Shown here piece after piece: positions 17,042 to 25,856 of a stretch of 64,000 bases of DNA. Position 1 is the first letter of the stretch, and every line of letters begins with the position of its first letter. The stretch comes from an uncultured Gammaproteobacteria bacterium (lineage in GTDB: Bacteria; Patescibacteriota; Patescibacteriia; Magasanikbacterales; JBBTXJ01). The notes below the pieces were generated by a model. It saw only the letters and a list, made by a program, of their open reading frames with translations. It did not search any database and was not told the DNA's origin. The stretch spans positions 40,522-104,521 of the forward strand of contig CAZSVL010000002.1 in assembly GCA_964610305.1 (NCBI GenBank), given 5' to 3'. The position numbers and the translations under genes are program-made.

Positions 17042-19376
17042 ATTTTGGTATCCACGCGGCGGAGCCGAGCATTATGTTTTGGCGTTGCGTGAGCAGCTAA
17101 AAGCAAAAGGTCACACCGTGATTGAATTTGGGATGCATCATCATTTGAATATAAAAACGCCGTTTGATACATATTTTGTATCAGAATTGGATTTTAAAAA
17201 ACGCGGCGGGATAAAAGATAGTCTGCACAAGCTGATGCGGGTTATCTATTCTCCGCAAGCGCGCAAGAAGTTTGCTCAGCTTTTGGTAGATGAGGCGCCT
17301 GATGTTATTCATATTCATAACATTTATCACCAACTCTCTCCGTCAATTTTGCTTGCTGCTGAGCGTGCGCGGATTCCTGTTGTGATGACGGCCCATGATT
17401 ACAAGATTACCAATCCTAACTATAGAATGTTTCACCGTGGGCAGGTGTGTGAGCATAGTGATCATGGCAGATTTTGGGAGGCGCTCAGATATAGGTGCAT
17501 GGACACCTGGAGCGCCAGCTTTGCAGTTATGGTGGAGAGCTATGTGCATGCTTTTTTGGGTACGTACAGACGAGCCGTTACGCGTATTGTGAGCCCTAGC
17601 AATTTTTTGATTGATTTAGCGGTGAGTCGTGGCGCGCCCAGAAAATGGTTTATCAAAATTCCTACGGGCATTGCTATGCCCGCTATGCCAAAAGAGTTGG
17701 GGCAGCAGGCAGTAGTTTATTTTGGGAGACTCTCTGAAGAAAAAGGATTGGGCGTTTTGCTTGAGGCGGCTAAGATGGCTCGTACCACGCCATTTGTAAT
17801 TGTTGGCAGAGGGCCCATGGAAGCGGCTTTGAGATCTCGCGCGGGAGAGCTTGGATTGCGCAACGTTACTTTTGCGGGTTTTTTGCAGGGTGAGAGTCTG
17901 TGGAAAGTGGTGGCTGGCGCAAAAGCTGTGGTGGTGCCCACCCTTAGTTTTGAGAATTACCCATTGTCTGTGCTTGAGGCTCAGGCTTTGGGCACTATTG
18001 TTATAGCGAGTGCGGTAGGCGGTCTGCCAGAGCAAATAGTTAATGGGGAGACGGGTTTTTTGGTTCCTCCCGGAGATGCCGTAGAGCTAGCTAAAGCGGT
18101 GGAGCGCGCCATGGAAATGGATGAGGATGATCTAGCGCACATGGAGGCGGCAGCGAGAGCGGGAGTGATGCGCGTTAATGGTCATGACGAGCATATAAGC
18201 AGAATAGAGGCTTTATATAAGAGCGTGCAAGATACTGCTGCAGACGATGATAAATCCTTGCGCGTTGCTGTTATTGGGGCTAAAGGGTATCCACCGTCAT
18301 ATGGTGGCGTAGAACAGCACGTAGCGGCTCTAGGGCGCGTTTTTGCAGGGCTGGGGCACAAGGTGGTTATCTATAGTAGGTCATGGTATAGCCAAAAAAA
18401 TCAAAATGGCGATGATCCTGTAATAAGTCGCCGCCTCTGGAGCCCCAAGATAAATGGGCTGGATACACTTTATCATTCGTTTGCCAGTACGCTGTCGGCT
18501 TTGGTGGGAGATTATGATGTGGTGCATTTTCATGGAGTAGGCCCTGCTGTTTTTGCCTTTTTTGTGCGTTTGTTTTCAAAAGCTAAGGTGATAGTAACTG
18601 TTCATTCGCTTAACAGAATGCATCCTCAGTGGGGATTTTTTGCTCGGCTGTGGCTTCGTTTTGGAGAATGGGCCGCCGCAATATTTGCCCACGAGACTAT
18701 TGTTGTCTCCAGAGATTTAAGATCATATTTTAGAGGAAAACATAAAGCTGCCCGGATCCACTTTATTCCTAATGGCGTGGCGGTGAGAGAGAAAAAACCA
18801 GCGGCATCTTTGCTTGGTAGATGGGGCTTGCAGGAAGCTTCTTATGTTGTGGTGGTGGCGCGATTGGTAAAATCAAAACGTGTAGATGAAATTTTGCAGG
18901 CGTGGCGGTCCCTGCGAGCGGCAGATAGAAAGGATTGGAAGCTTGTCATTGTGGGAGATCAAAGTTTTTCATCTGATTATGTTGACGAGCTTAAAGATTT
19001 GGCGGGGAAAGATAAAAGTATTATTTTTACGGGCTGGCAGGAGGGCGAGGCACTGCAGGCCTTAATTGCTCATGCCCAAGCCTTGGTTTCTGCGAGCGCT
19101 TCTGAAGGGTTGCCTCTGACGCTGCTAGAAGCAAGTGCTTATGGGGTGGGCGCACTAGTCTCAGATATTGCTCCTCATAGAGAGATAGTTAAAGTAGACG
19201 CCGCGCGTTTTGCTGTGGGAGATGTGCCAGCGCTTGGCGCAGCCCTCAAACGGCTTTTAACTGACCCTGGATGGTTTGAGCAACTAGGAGAGCAAAATAA
19301 AAAACTCGTGGCGAGCGAGTATCAATGGGAGTCGGTAGCAGACAAAACGCTTAGTTTATACTATGATAGGCTTTAA
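17013..19376 (+). CDS. tandem two-domain GT4 glycosyltransferase (GT4-GT4 fusion)
   Basis: Two complete GT4 units (...ENYPLSVLEAQALGTIVIASAVGGLPE... and ...EGLPLTLLEASAYGVGALVSDIAPHRE...). Confidence 0.65.
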   Translation: MIMKILLVNKFWYPRGGAEHYVLALREQLKAKGHTVIEFGMHHHLNIKTPFDTYFVSELDFKKRGGIKDSLHKLMRVIYSPQARKKFAQLLVDEAPDVIHIHNIYHQLSPSILLAAERARIPVVMTAHDYKITNPNYRMFHRGQVCEHSDHGRFWEALRYRCMDTWSASFAVMVESYVHAFLGTYRRAVTRIVSPSNFLIDLAVSRGAPRKWFIKIPTGIAMPAMPKELGQQAVVYFGRLSEEKGLGVLLEAAKMARTTPFVIVGRGPMEAALRSRAGELGLRNVTFAGFLQGESLWKVVAGAKAVVVPTLSFENYPLSVLEAQALGTIVIASAVGGLPEQIVNGETGFLVPPGDAVELAKAVERAMEMDEDDLAHMEAAARAGVMRVNGHDEHISRIEALYKSVQDTAADDDKSLRVAVIGAKGYPPSYGGVEQHVAALGRVFAGLGHKVVIYSRSWYSQKNQNGDDPVISRRLWSPKINGLDTLYHSFASTLSALVGDYDVVHFHGVGPAVFAFFVRLFSKAKVIVTVHSLNRMHPQWGFFARLWLRFGEWAAAIFAHETIVVSRDLRSYFRGKHKAARIHFIPNGVAVREKKPAASLLGRWGLQEASYVVVVARLVKSKRVDEILQAWRSLRAADRKDWKLVIVGDQSFSSDYVDELKDLAGKDKSIIFTGWQEGEALQALIAHAQALVSASASEGLPLTLLEASAYGVGALVSDIAPHREIVKVDAARFAVGDVPALGAALKRLLTDPGWFEQLGEQNKKLVASEYQWESVADKTLSLYYDRL

Positions 19377-19675
19377 TCTTCTGGAGATTCAGAGAGGTCA
19401 TCTTCTTTCTTAGATTTTGCTGTTTTACTGCTTGGACTATAGAGTCTGCCGGCAATATTCCACCGGTCTACATACTGACCGATGCCTTTTTTTTGCGATT
19501 TTTTACTAATGGTGCTTTTTTGAGACCATTTAACAAGGCTTTCAAAGTTTATTTTGTATCGCCCCGCTACAACGATGTAGGAGAGCTCATCATCCAAAAT
19601 AGCACGTCTTATGGTTTGCTGACTCACTCCAAAGAGTTTTGCAGCTTCTGAGACTGATACGCGGATGATATTCAT
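19373..19675 (-). CDS. helix-turn-helix DNA-binding protein, excisionase/MerR-type HTH family
   Basis: VSEAAKLFGVSQQTIRRAILDDEL is a typical HTH_17/Xis-family motif. Basic C-terminal tail. Confidence 0.6.
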   Translation of the reverse strand: MNIIRVSVSEAAKLFGVSQQTIRRAILDDELSYIVVAGRYKINFESLVKWSQKSTISKKSQKKGIGQYVDRWNIAGRLYSPSSKTAKSKKEDDLSESPED

Positions 19676-19680
19676 AGCTG

Positions 19681-19704
19681 TTTGTATAGACTAGTGTATA
19701 CAAA
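19681..19704. promoter_or_regulatory. 24-bp near-palindromic operator TTTGTATA-N8-TATACAAA, copy 1, abutting the HTH gene start
   Basis: Read directly. It begins 6 nt upstream of the HTH ATG. Confidence 0.55.
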
Positions 19705-19793
19705 CAGCGTATATTACTAGCGTTTTTGTGTCAATTTGGACCATCAATGAATATTAGATTGAAACTGTGGATAAGTTGACCTAAATAGGCCTC

Positions 19794-19817
19794 TTTGTAT
19801 ACACTAGTCTATACAAA
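19794..19817. promoter_or_regulatory. second copy of the 24-bp operator, the exact reverse complement of copy 1
   Basis: TTTGTATACACTAGTCTATACAAA. The two copies are about 110 bp apart centre to centre. Confidence 0.55.
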
Positions 19818-19958
19818 TAGAGCTGGTAACAGGTAATGAGGGGGTGAGTATTAGTACATTTTCTTTTTTCTCTTGTTGCCCGTTATCGGGCACCTGTTTC
19901 CAATAAGTTATCCCCACCCGTTATCAAAAGCCGTGATTAGCTACAGCTATACCCAAGG

Positions 19959-20510
19959 ATGAAAAATAAGGCTCACGATCACTTGCTGCTTTTCAGGCTT
20001 CAGACCAAACAAGATAAACAAGCCTTTACGCAGCTCTACGATAAATACTACGCCGATATTCATCGGTTTGTTTTGTTTAAGGTGCCGACCGCAGAGATAG
20101 CCGACGATATAGTGGCGCAGGTGTTTGAAGGGCTTTGGATGTATGTGGTACAAAGAAAGCGTATCATTCACTTTAGGGCGCTGATGTATCGCATAGCAAG
20201 AAATAGCGTTGCTGAGCATTATCGCAGGGAAGGTAAAACTATGGATGTAGCCATAGAGTACGTGGAATTTGATGTAGCGCAGGATAATGACGGGTTGCTG
20301 GGAGTAGCGCGAGAAGATTTGTTGGCCGCGTTTGTGCAGCTTACCGAGGATCAAGCGGAGCTCATACAACTAAGATATATAGAAGGATTGCCCATAAAGG
20401 TGGTGGCAGAAGTAGTGGGAAAGAGCCGTGGCGCGGTGAGTGTTAGCTTGGGGAGGGCGCGGGCTAGTCTCAAACGCATTTTGGACGCAGATGTCCACAA
20501 GAAAAAATAA
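19959..20510 (+). CDS. ECF-type RNA polymerase sigma factor (sigma-70 regions 2 and 4)
   Basis: Region 2 (FTQLYDKYYADIHRFVLFKV...) and region 4 HTH (GLPIKVVAEVVGKSRGAVSVSLGRAR). Confidence 0.75.
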   Translation: MKNKAHDHLLLFRLQTKQDKQAFTQLYDKYYADIHRFVLFKVPTAEIADDIVAQVFEGLWMYVVQRKRIIHFRALMYRIARNSVAEHYRREGKTMDVAIEYVEFDVAQDNDGLLGVAREDLLAAFVQLTEDQAELIQLRYIEGLPIKVVAEVVGKSRGAVSVSLGRARASLKRILDADVHKKK

Positions 20511-20531
20511 CTATCGCAAGGTATACTGACT

Positions 20532-21539
20532 ATGGCGATTAGCCAAAAACAATTAAAGGATTCTCTTGCTGCATTGGGCAGTGATTTTTCTGCAGTTGAT
20601 GAAAAGAGAAGTAAGCAAACGCGAGAGCGTGTGTTGGCTTTTATGGATAACAATCCTATTGCCACTGCGCCAAGCGCATACGAAAGATTGAGATTGGCAG
20701 GAAAGTATATAATGCCGTCAGGCGTCTGGCATTATGCCTTGCAGCCTATAATGGTGGTGGTGCTTGCCTTTACGCTGGTTACCGGCGGTTGGGTGACATC
20801 GGTATCTGCCGCTAGTGGGAGTCTGCCAGGAGATGCGCTTTATACGGTAAAATTGGTTTCGGAAAAAACGCAGCTGCAACTTGCATACTGGTCTGATGAT
20901 CCGCTGGTGGTAACAGGGCTGCAGGTATCTTTTGCAAAAAGAAGGATAGATGAAATAAAAGCGGTGAGCGAGCTCTCGCCGGGAGACAAGGAGGAGCGAA
21001 TAGACAAAGCAGTGAGAGGTTTTAAAAAAGGAATCGCGGCAGTGCGCGAATCATTAGAGACAGCGGCCGATAATAAGCCTGAGCAGGTTGCGGCGATCGC
21101 CAGAAAAATACAGGATCAGGGCACTGATTTGGTAGAAGCCATAGAGCAGGCGGAACAAGCGTTGCCTCAAGATGTGGCTCAAGAGCTTGCCAGTGCAAAA
21201 GAAGTTGTGGAAGATGCAACGGATCAGGCGGTAGAGGTTATTGTGGAGAGTCGGCAACAGGGAGATCAGTTGGTTTCTTCAGACGATATAGCCAGTGTAA
21301 TTGTTGGAAAGCTGGATCGCGCTACGGTAAGCGCAGAGCCAAAAGAAGCTCTCTTGAGCGAGAAAGTTGTGCAAAAGCATCTAAAAGACGGAGAATTTGA
21401 GCAAGCGCTGGACGAGGTAAAACGCATGCGCGCTTTGGTAAAAGAGCAAACTGCGCAACAAGAAGAGCAGGAGCCAAGCTTGCCAGGTGTGCTTATAAGG
21501 GTGATAGAGAACGTAACAAGCACTATAATAGGCGAATAA
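20532..21539 (+). CDS. putative anti-sigma factor (single-pass membrane protein with acidic coiled-coil extracytoplasmic domain)
   Basis: Immediately downstream of the ECF sigma. Cytoplasmic N-terminus, one TM (IMVVVLAFTLVTGGW), then LYTVKL... Confidence 0.5.
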   Translation: MAISQKQLKDSLAALGSDFSAVDEKRSKQTRERVLAFMDNNPIATAPSAYERLRLAGKYIMPSGVWHYALQPIMVVVLAFTLVTGGWVTSVSAASGSLPGDALYTVKLVSEKTQLQLAYWSDDPLVVTGLQVSFAKRRIDEIKAVSELSPGDKEERIDKAVRGFKKGIAAVRESLETAADNKPEQVAAIARKIQDQGTDLVEAIEQAEQALPQDVAQELASAKEVVEDATDQAVEVIVESRQQGDQLVSSDDIASVIVGKLDRATVSAEPKEALLSEKVVQKHLKDGEFEQALDEVKRMRALVKEQTAQQEEQEPSLPGVLIRVIENVTSTIIGE

Positions 21540-21561
21540 CCATACGTTTAGTTAATTATTA

Positions 21562-21735
21562 TTAATCATTTCTCGTCCCTTGTGGGGAGGATTCAGCCGA
21601 TTGGCGGGCTGTATCCTCCTCTGATAAGGGGAGTAAGGAAAAGTAGTTGTGCATTAAGGTCGAGCTTCCATAAGGGAGTGTGCACGGCATTGTAACTGAT
21701 CTTGGTTGCGAGAAATGATCATTGCCAAGATCGGT
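21562..21735 (+). promoter_or_regulatory. structured 5' leader with long-range and local alternative pairings
   Basis: TCATTTCTCG (21566-75) pairs with CGAGAAATGA (21709-18). The latter also sits in the loop of a local hairpin GATCTTGG..CCAAGATC. Internal hairpin GGAGGATTCAGCC..GGCTGTATCCTCC. Confidence 0.35.
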
Positions 21736-21758
21736 ATCTAAAAAAGTCTAAATAACTT

Positions 21759-24700
21759 ATGACTACAGCAATAGCATATTCTAGAAAAGCATTTACGGGT
21801 GTTGTTGTTGCGTTGACGGTACTTTGGTCAATTGGTGCGGCCGCACTGATTTCTCCACTAGTAGCACAAAGCGCAGTCGCTCTAGCAGATCTCTCAGACG
21901 GAGATTTGATCATGACTGACGGCGCTGCAGCAGGGGCTACGGTATACGTGCACAACGACGGTAAAAAATACCCATTCCCTAACGCCAAGATCTACGCATC
22001 ATGGTACGGGGACGACTTTTCAAGCGTGATGCGCATTTCTGCGGAAGACATGGGATCCCTTGCATGGGGCTCCAACATGCTCTACCGCCCAGGCTCACGA
22101 TTGATTAAAGTTCCAGACGATCCAAAGGTGTACGCTGTTTTGCCAGGAGGCACAGTAGCGTGGGTCAAGGATGAAGCAACAGCACAGAAGTTTTACGGAG
22201 ACGCATGGGCAGGTCGTGTAGACGACTTGTTGGCATCTCTATTTGTAGCTGACTACACCAATGATCCAAACATGGATCTAACCGCTGATTCAAACTACCC
22301 TGACGGTACACTTATTAAAGTAGATGATGGCGAAGTAGCTGCATCTGCTTTGATGTACTACTACATTGACGGTGGTATGAAGCGCGCAGTGGGAGACGAC
22401 GCAATGGGACAGTTCAACTTGGACTACGCCATTGAAGTTTCCTCTGACGACGCAGCAGCATTTGACGACGGCGACGCTATGGGATCAGGAGAATTCCTTA
22501 ACCCAGTAGCCGTACAGGAAGGTACAACCACTCCTGGAGCAGACGCACCAGACGAGGTGGTAGCAGACGGAGACCTTTCCTTTAGTCTAGCCGCAGACAG
22601 CCCAACTGCTCGTCTTCTTGACGGGACAGGACTCAACGCAGTGTTGAAGGTGGCTGTAAGTGGTGAGGGTAACATCGACGAGCTAACCTTTAAGAAGGTT
22701 GGAACAACCGCTAACACCAACATTACTGGTATGCGCGTTGTTGACAGTTCTGGCGCACGTCTTGGTAACGTAGTTTCTTCAATCAATGAGGATGACACGG
22801 TTACCTTTACAGGACTTGACCACGACGTTGATGGAAGCGACTCACTTGAATTGCAAGTGGATCTAAACACCTCAGCAGGCGCTTCTGACGCACGCTTTGA
22901 GTTGACTGGTGTTGACTCTGGCGCAAGCGTATCAGGACTTCCTGTTGCAGGATTCTTGCTAGACGTTAAAGACGGTTCAACTGTTGTAACCACGGTCACC
23001 TTTGACCTTGATGGTCCAGCGGATAACTCCAGTGTTCAGCTTGGTAATGAGATTGAAATATTCAACTTCACACTTCGCGACACCGGAAGTAAAGAAAAGT
23101 CAACTTTTGACGGTATAACTCTTTACAACAACGGTTCTGTTACTGATGAAGACGTAGAGGACTACAAGCTTGTAGCTCCAAACGGCGACATCTTGGCAAC
23201 CGTACAGCAAGACGGCAAGTGGGTAGTATTTGACGGCTTGGACTACGAGCTGATCAAGGGTGCTACCAAGTCATTTAAGATCAAGGCTACACCTAAGACA
23301 GGTGCAACCAGGACTATTGACTTGCAGCTCCAAAATGACTACGACTTGAAAGTAATGGGCAATACTTCTGCTCACTACATCCTAGCTACCGCTGACGGTA
23401 GCGGAACTAACGACTCAACCTTCCCTGTAGGTGACGCTTCTGGCTACACCGACATGACTTTGGCTTCAGGTTCTCTAACCTGGAACAAGTCTGGAGAGAA
23501 CCCAACCTCTAACTACGCCGTAGGAGAGGCTGACGTAATCTTGGGAAGCTTTGACGTTAAAGCAACTGGTGAAGATATTGAAATCAGAAAAGTAAGCTTT
23601 GCCGTTCTTGAAAGCACTTCTGGTTCAACTTCAACTTCACTTGACGGAAGCGTCTTTATTAAGGCTGACGGCCAGACACTCTACAGCGCAGCATTTGCAC
23701 GTAGCATGTTTACCGGAACCAACACAGACGTAACTGAGTCAAGTAAGTCACTAAGCACCTTCCTAACCGTTCCTGCGGGAGAAACCAAACGTATTGACAT
23801 TGTTGGTACTATTGGATCCGCTGCAGCTTCAACGGACAGCTACGGTGCCGTGTTTAATGTTGCTCAGAACAAGCGCCTAACTACGGGCGACTTGCAGACT
23901 CCAACAGCTAGCATTGTTAACGCAGCAGTACGCTCTGTGAAAGCAGCAGCACTGACGGTTAACAACATTACCATGGCCGCTTCTGGAACCTACAAGATTG
24001 TTGCAGGAACCAACGGCGCGCTTGTTGGTAAGTATGTGCTTGACGCCAGCTCTGGTGGTGAGGACGTACGCGTTAACAGCATTGTAGTAAGCCAGGGTAA
24101 CGGTGGTTCCGCCGCAAGCGTAACTGACTGGAGCAACTGGCGCCTCTACAGAGTTGAAGCTGATGGATCAGAGACTGCTCTGGACACCAGCAACGATACT
24201 AACACGGGTGCTGCTAACATGACCTTTACCTTGATCACTCCTGAAGTGATTGGTAAGTCAGACGTAGACGGAGTTACCTACCACTTGCGTGCTAACCTTG
24301 CTTCCGCCGCTGGCGCAAGCGAGACCGCCGTATTTGTTGTGGGTAATGAAGGAAGCGCAGCTGTGGGAGATGTTACTGGAAACTCAGTGACGGAGAGCGT
24401 ACTTAATGGTACTTCAACGGGAAGCACCTCACTTGGAAGCACGGTAATTATTACCGCTTCTGGTGGAGCAATTAAGATTGCTGTTGATTCCGCAAACGCA
24501 CCGGTGAAGAACTCTCTGGTTAACATTGGTACTACCAATTACAACCTGGGTGCCTTTACTATCAAGGCAGAAGATGAAGATCAGAAAGTTACTGACCTTG
24601 AGGTGAGCTTGTTTGGAACAGCAAGTCTAAACGATGTTAGAAACGTCCGCCTATACTTGGATGACGCTTCAACACCACTTGCTCAGGTAACACAGCTAAC

Positions 24701-25529
24701 CACGGGTGGAGACAATGCTGCTACCGGATATCACACATGGACTTCTGCTAGCGAGTTGTTCAGAATTGAAGCTGGACAGACACGCCGCGTGAAATTCCTT
24801 GCAGACATTGCAGGAGCTGGTACTGCTAAGCTTGGTAATGATGTTCGCCTTGAGATCCGCGACGCAAGTCACGTATCCTCAACCGGTGTCAGCACCAACA
24901 CAGCATCAACCAAGACCGTGCTTAACACCAACTCAATCACTCACACCATTCAGCCATTTACCGTAACGGTAGCAGAGGCAAGCCCTGCATATCCTGCTTC
25001 TAACTTGGAGAAGGACGTGTCAACGGGATCCCTCTTGGCGCAGTTTAAGATCACTAACTCTGGTTCTGCTACAATCACTACCACGCAGTTTAAGATCTTT
25101 AACAACGGTGCATGTACGTTTGATTCAGACGGTGCAACCACCTGTAACTCTACCGGTGTTCAGTACTCACTGAAGACTTCAGCTGAGAACGCAAACTCCA
25201 CAACCAACTTGGTATCTGGAGAGGACACTGAAGAGAGCTCTGGTGTAATTACCTTCTCTGGTGGAGGACTTGCATCATCAGCTAACATTGTAATTGCCGC
25301 AGGACGCTACAGAACCTTTGGTGTGTATGTGTCTGGTACTAACGATGGATTTGCTAAGGGTGCTAGCTGGCAGCTCTCTGTTGCAACTGAAGGTGATATG
25401 ACCTTTAGCGTGCAAGATGAGAACTTGGGTTATGACGGTAACGTTGACGGTAATCAGGACGACTCTAACACGGGTCTAAAGATGACTGGTCAGCCTAGCT
25501 TGCCATCTGTCACAGACAGCGTAACCTAA
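21759..25529 (+). CDS. giant secreted surface protein (1256 aa; acidic, S/T/G/D/V-rich tandem beta-sandwich repeats), putative S-layer or adhesin
   Basis: Signal peptide (VVVALTVLWSIGAAALISPLVAQSAVA), repetitive Ig-like composition, strong terminator after the stop. Confidence 0.65.
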   Translation: MTTAIAYSRKAFTGVVVALTVLWSIGAAALISPLVAQSAVALADLSDGDLIMTDGAAAGATVYVHNDGKKYPFPNAKIYASWYGDDFSSVMRISAEDMGSLAWGSNMLYRPGSRLIKVPDDPKVYAVLPGGTVAWVKDEATAQKFYGDAWAGRVDDLLASLFVADYTNDPNMDLTADSNYPDGTLIKVDDGEVAASALMYYYIDGGMKRAVGDDAMGQFNLDYAIEVSSDDAAAFDDGDAMGSGEFLNPVAVQEGTTTPGADAPDEVVADGDLSFSLAADSPTARLLDGTGLNAVLKVAVSGEGNIDELTFKKVGTTANTNITGMRVVDSSGARLGNVVSSINEDDTVTFTGLDHDVDGSDSLELQVDLNTSAGASDARFELTGVDSGASVSGLPVAGFLLDVKDGSTVVTTVTFDLDGPADNSSVQLGNEIEIFNFTLRDTGSKEKSTFDGITLYNNGSVTDEDVEDYKLVAPNGDILATVQQDGKWVVFDGLDYELIKGATKSFKIKATPKTGATRTIDLQLQNDYDLKVMGNTSAHYILATADGSGTNDSTFPVGDASGYTDMTLASGSLTWNKSGENPTSNYAVGEADVILGSFDVKATGEDIEIRKVSFAVLESTSGSTSTSLDGSVFIKADGQTLYSAAFARSMFTGTNTDVTESSKSLSTFLTVPAGETKRIDIVGTIGSAAASTDSYGAVFNVAQNKRLTTGDLQTPTASIVNAAVRSVKAAALTVNNITMAASGTYKIVAGTNGALVGKYVLDASSGGEDVRVNSIVVSQGNGGSAASVTDWSNWRLYRVEADGSETALDTSNDTNTGAANMTFTLITPEVIGKSDVDGVTYHLRANLASAAGASETAVFVVGNEGSAAVGDVTGNSVTESVLNGTSTGSTSLGSTVIITASGGAIKIAVDSANAPVKNSLVNIGTTNYNLGAFTIKAEDEDQKVTDLEVSLFGTASLNDVRNVRLYLDDASTPLAQVTQLTTGGDNAATGYHTWTSASELFRIEAGQTRRVKFLADIAGAGTAKLGNDVRLEIRDASHVSSTGVSTNTASTKTVLNTNSITHTIQPFTVTVAEASPAYPASNLEKDVSTGSLLAQFKITNSGSATITTTQFKIFNNGACTFDSDGATTCNSTGVQYSLKTSAENANSTTNLVSGEDTEESSGVITFSGGGLASSANIVIAAGRYRTFGVYVSGTNDGFAKGASWQLSVATEGDMTFSVQDENLGYDGNVDGNQDDSNTGLKMTGQPSLPSVTDSVT

Positions 25530-25566
25530 AGCATCTAGCTTTACTTTATACGCCTAGCGTATAGCA

Positions 25567-25596
25567 AAAGCCCCCACACGGGGGCTTTTGTTTTTA
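25567..25596 (+). terminator. rho-independent terminator
   Basis: GCCCCC-ACAC-GGGGGC followed by TTTTGTTTTT. Confidence 0.8.
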
Positions 25597-25603
25597 GTAC
25601 GCA

Positions 25604-25755
25604 GGGGTTAGGGTGTAGGGTGTAGCCTCTTAGCGTCATCCTGAACTTGATTCAGGATCCAGGCAGGAGTATAAGACGTGCTCTATTTCTACCCTAGATT
25701 CTGAATCAAGTTCAGAATGACAAGTGGGCAACACTACACCCTACACCCTAACCCC
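25604..25755. mobile_element. MITE-like 152-bp palindromic element with perfect 22-bp terminal inverted repeats (GGGGTTAGGGTGTAGGGTGTAG ... CTACACCCTACACCCTAACCCC)
   Basis: Terminal IRs are exact reverse complements. Two internal hairpins (TCCTGAA-CTTGAT-TTCAGGA and TTCTGAA-TCAAGT-TTCAGAA) are themselves mutual reverse complements. Confidence 0.55.
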
Positions 25756-25771
25756 TATACCCTAGAGAAAC

Positions 25772-25800
25772 TTGACAAAAGCGCAAGAATTTGCTAAGGT
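25772..25800 (+). promoter_or_regulatory. promoter TTGACA-17-TGcTAAGGT
   Basis: Perfect -35, 17-nt spacer, extended -10 TG. Confidence 0.55.
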
Positions 25801-25856
25801 AAGGGGCTCCTTGTAGTATGGGAGTAGTTCTTAAACAAATAAAAAAGGAGAGAACC

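Noticed and set aside
22424-22999. 191-aa antisense ORF inside the giant surface-protein gene
   Set aside because: Antisense to a well-supported long CDS. It has a Ser/Thr/Pro-rich nonsense composition.
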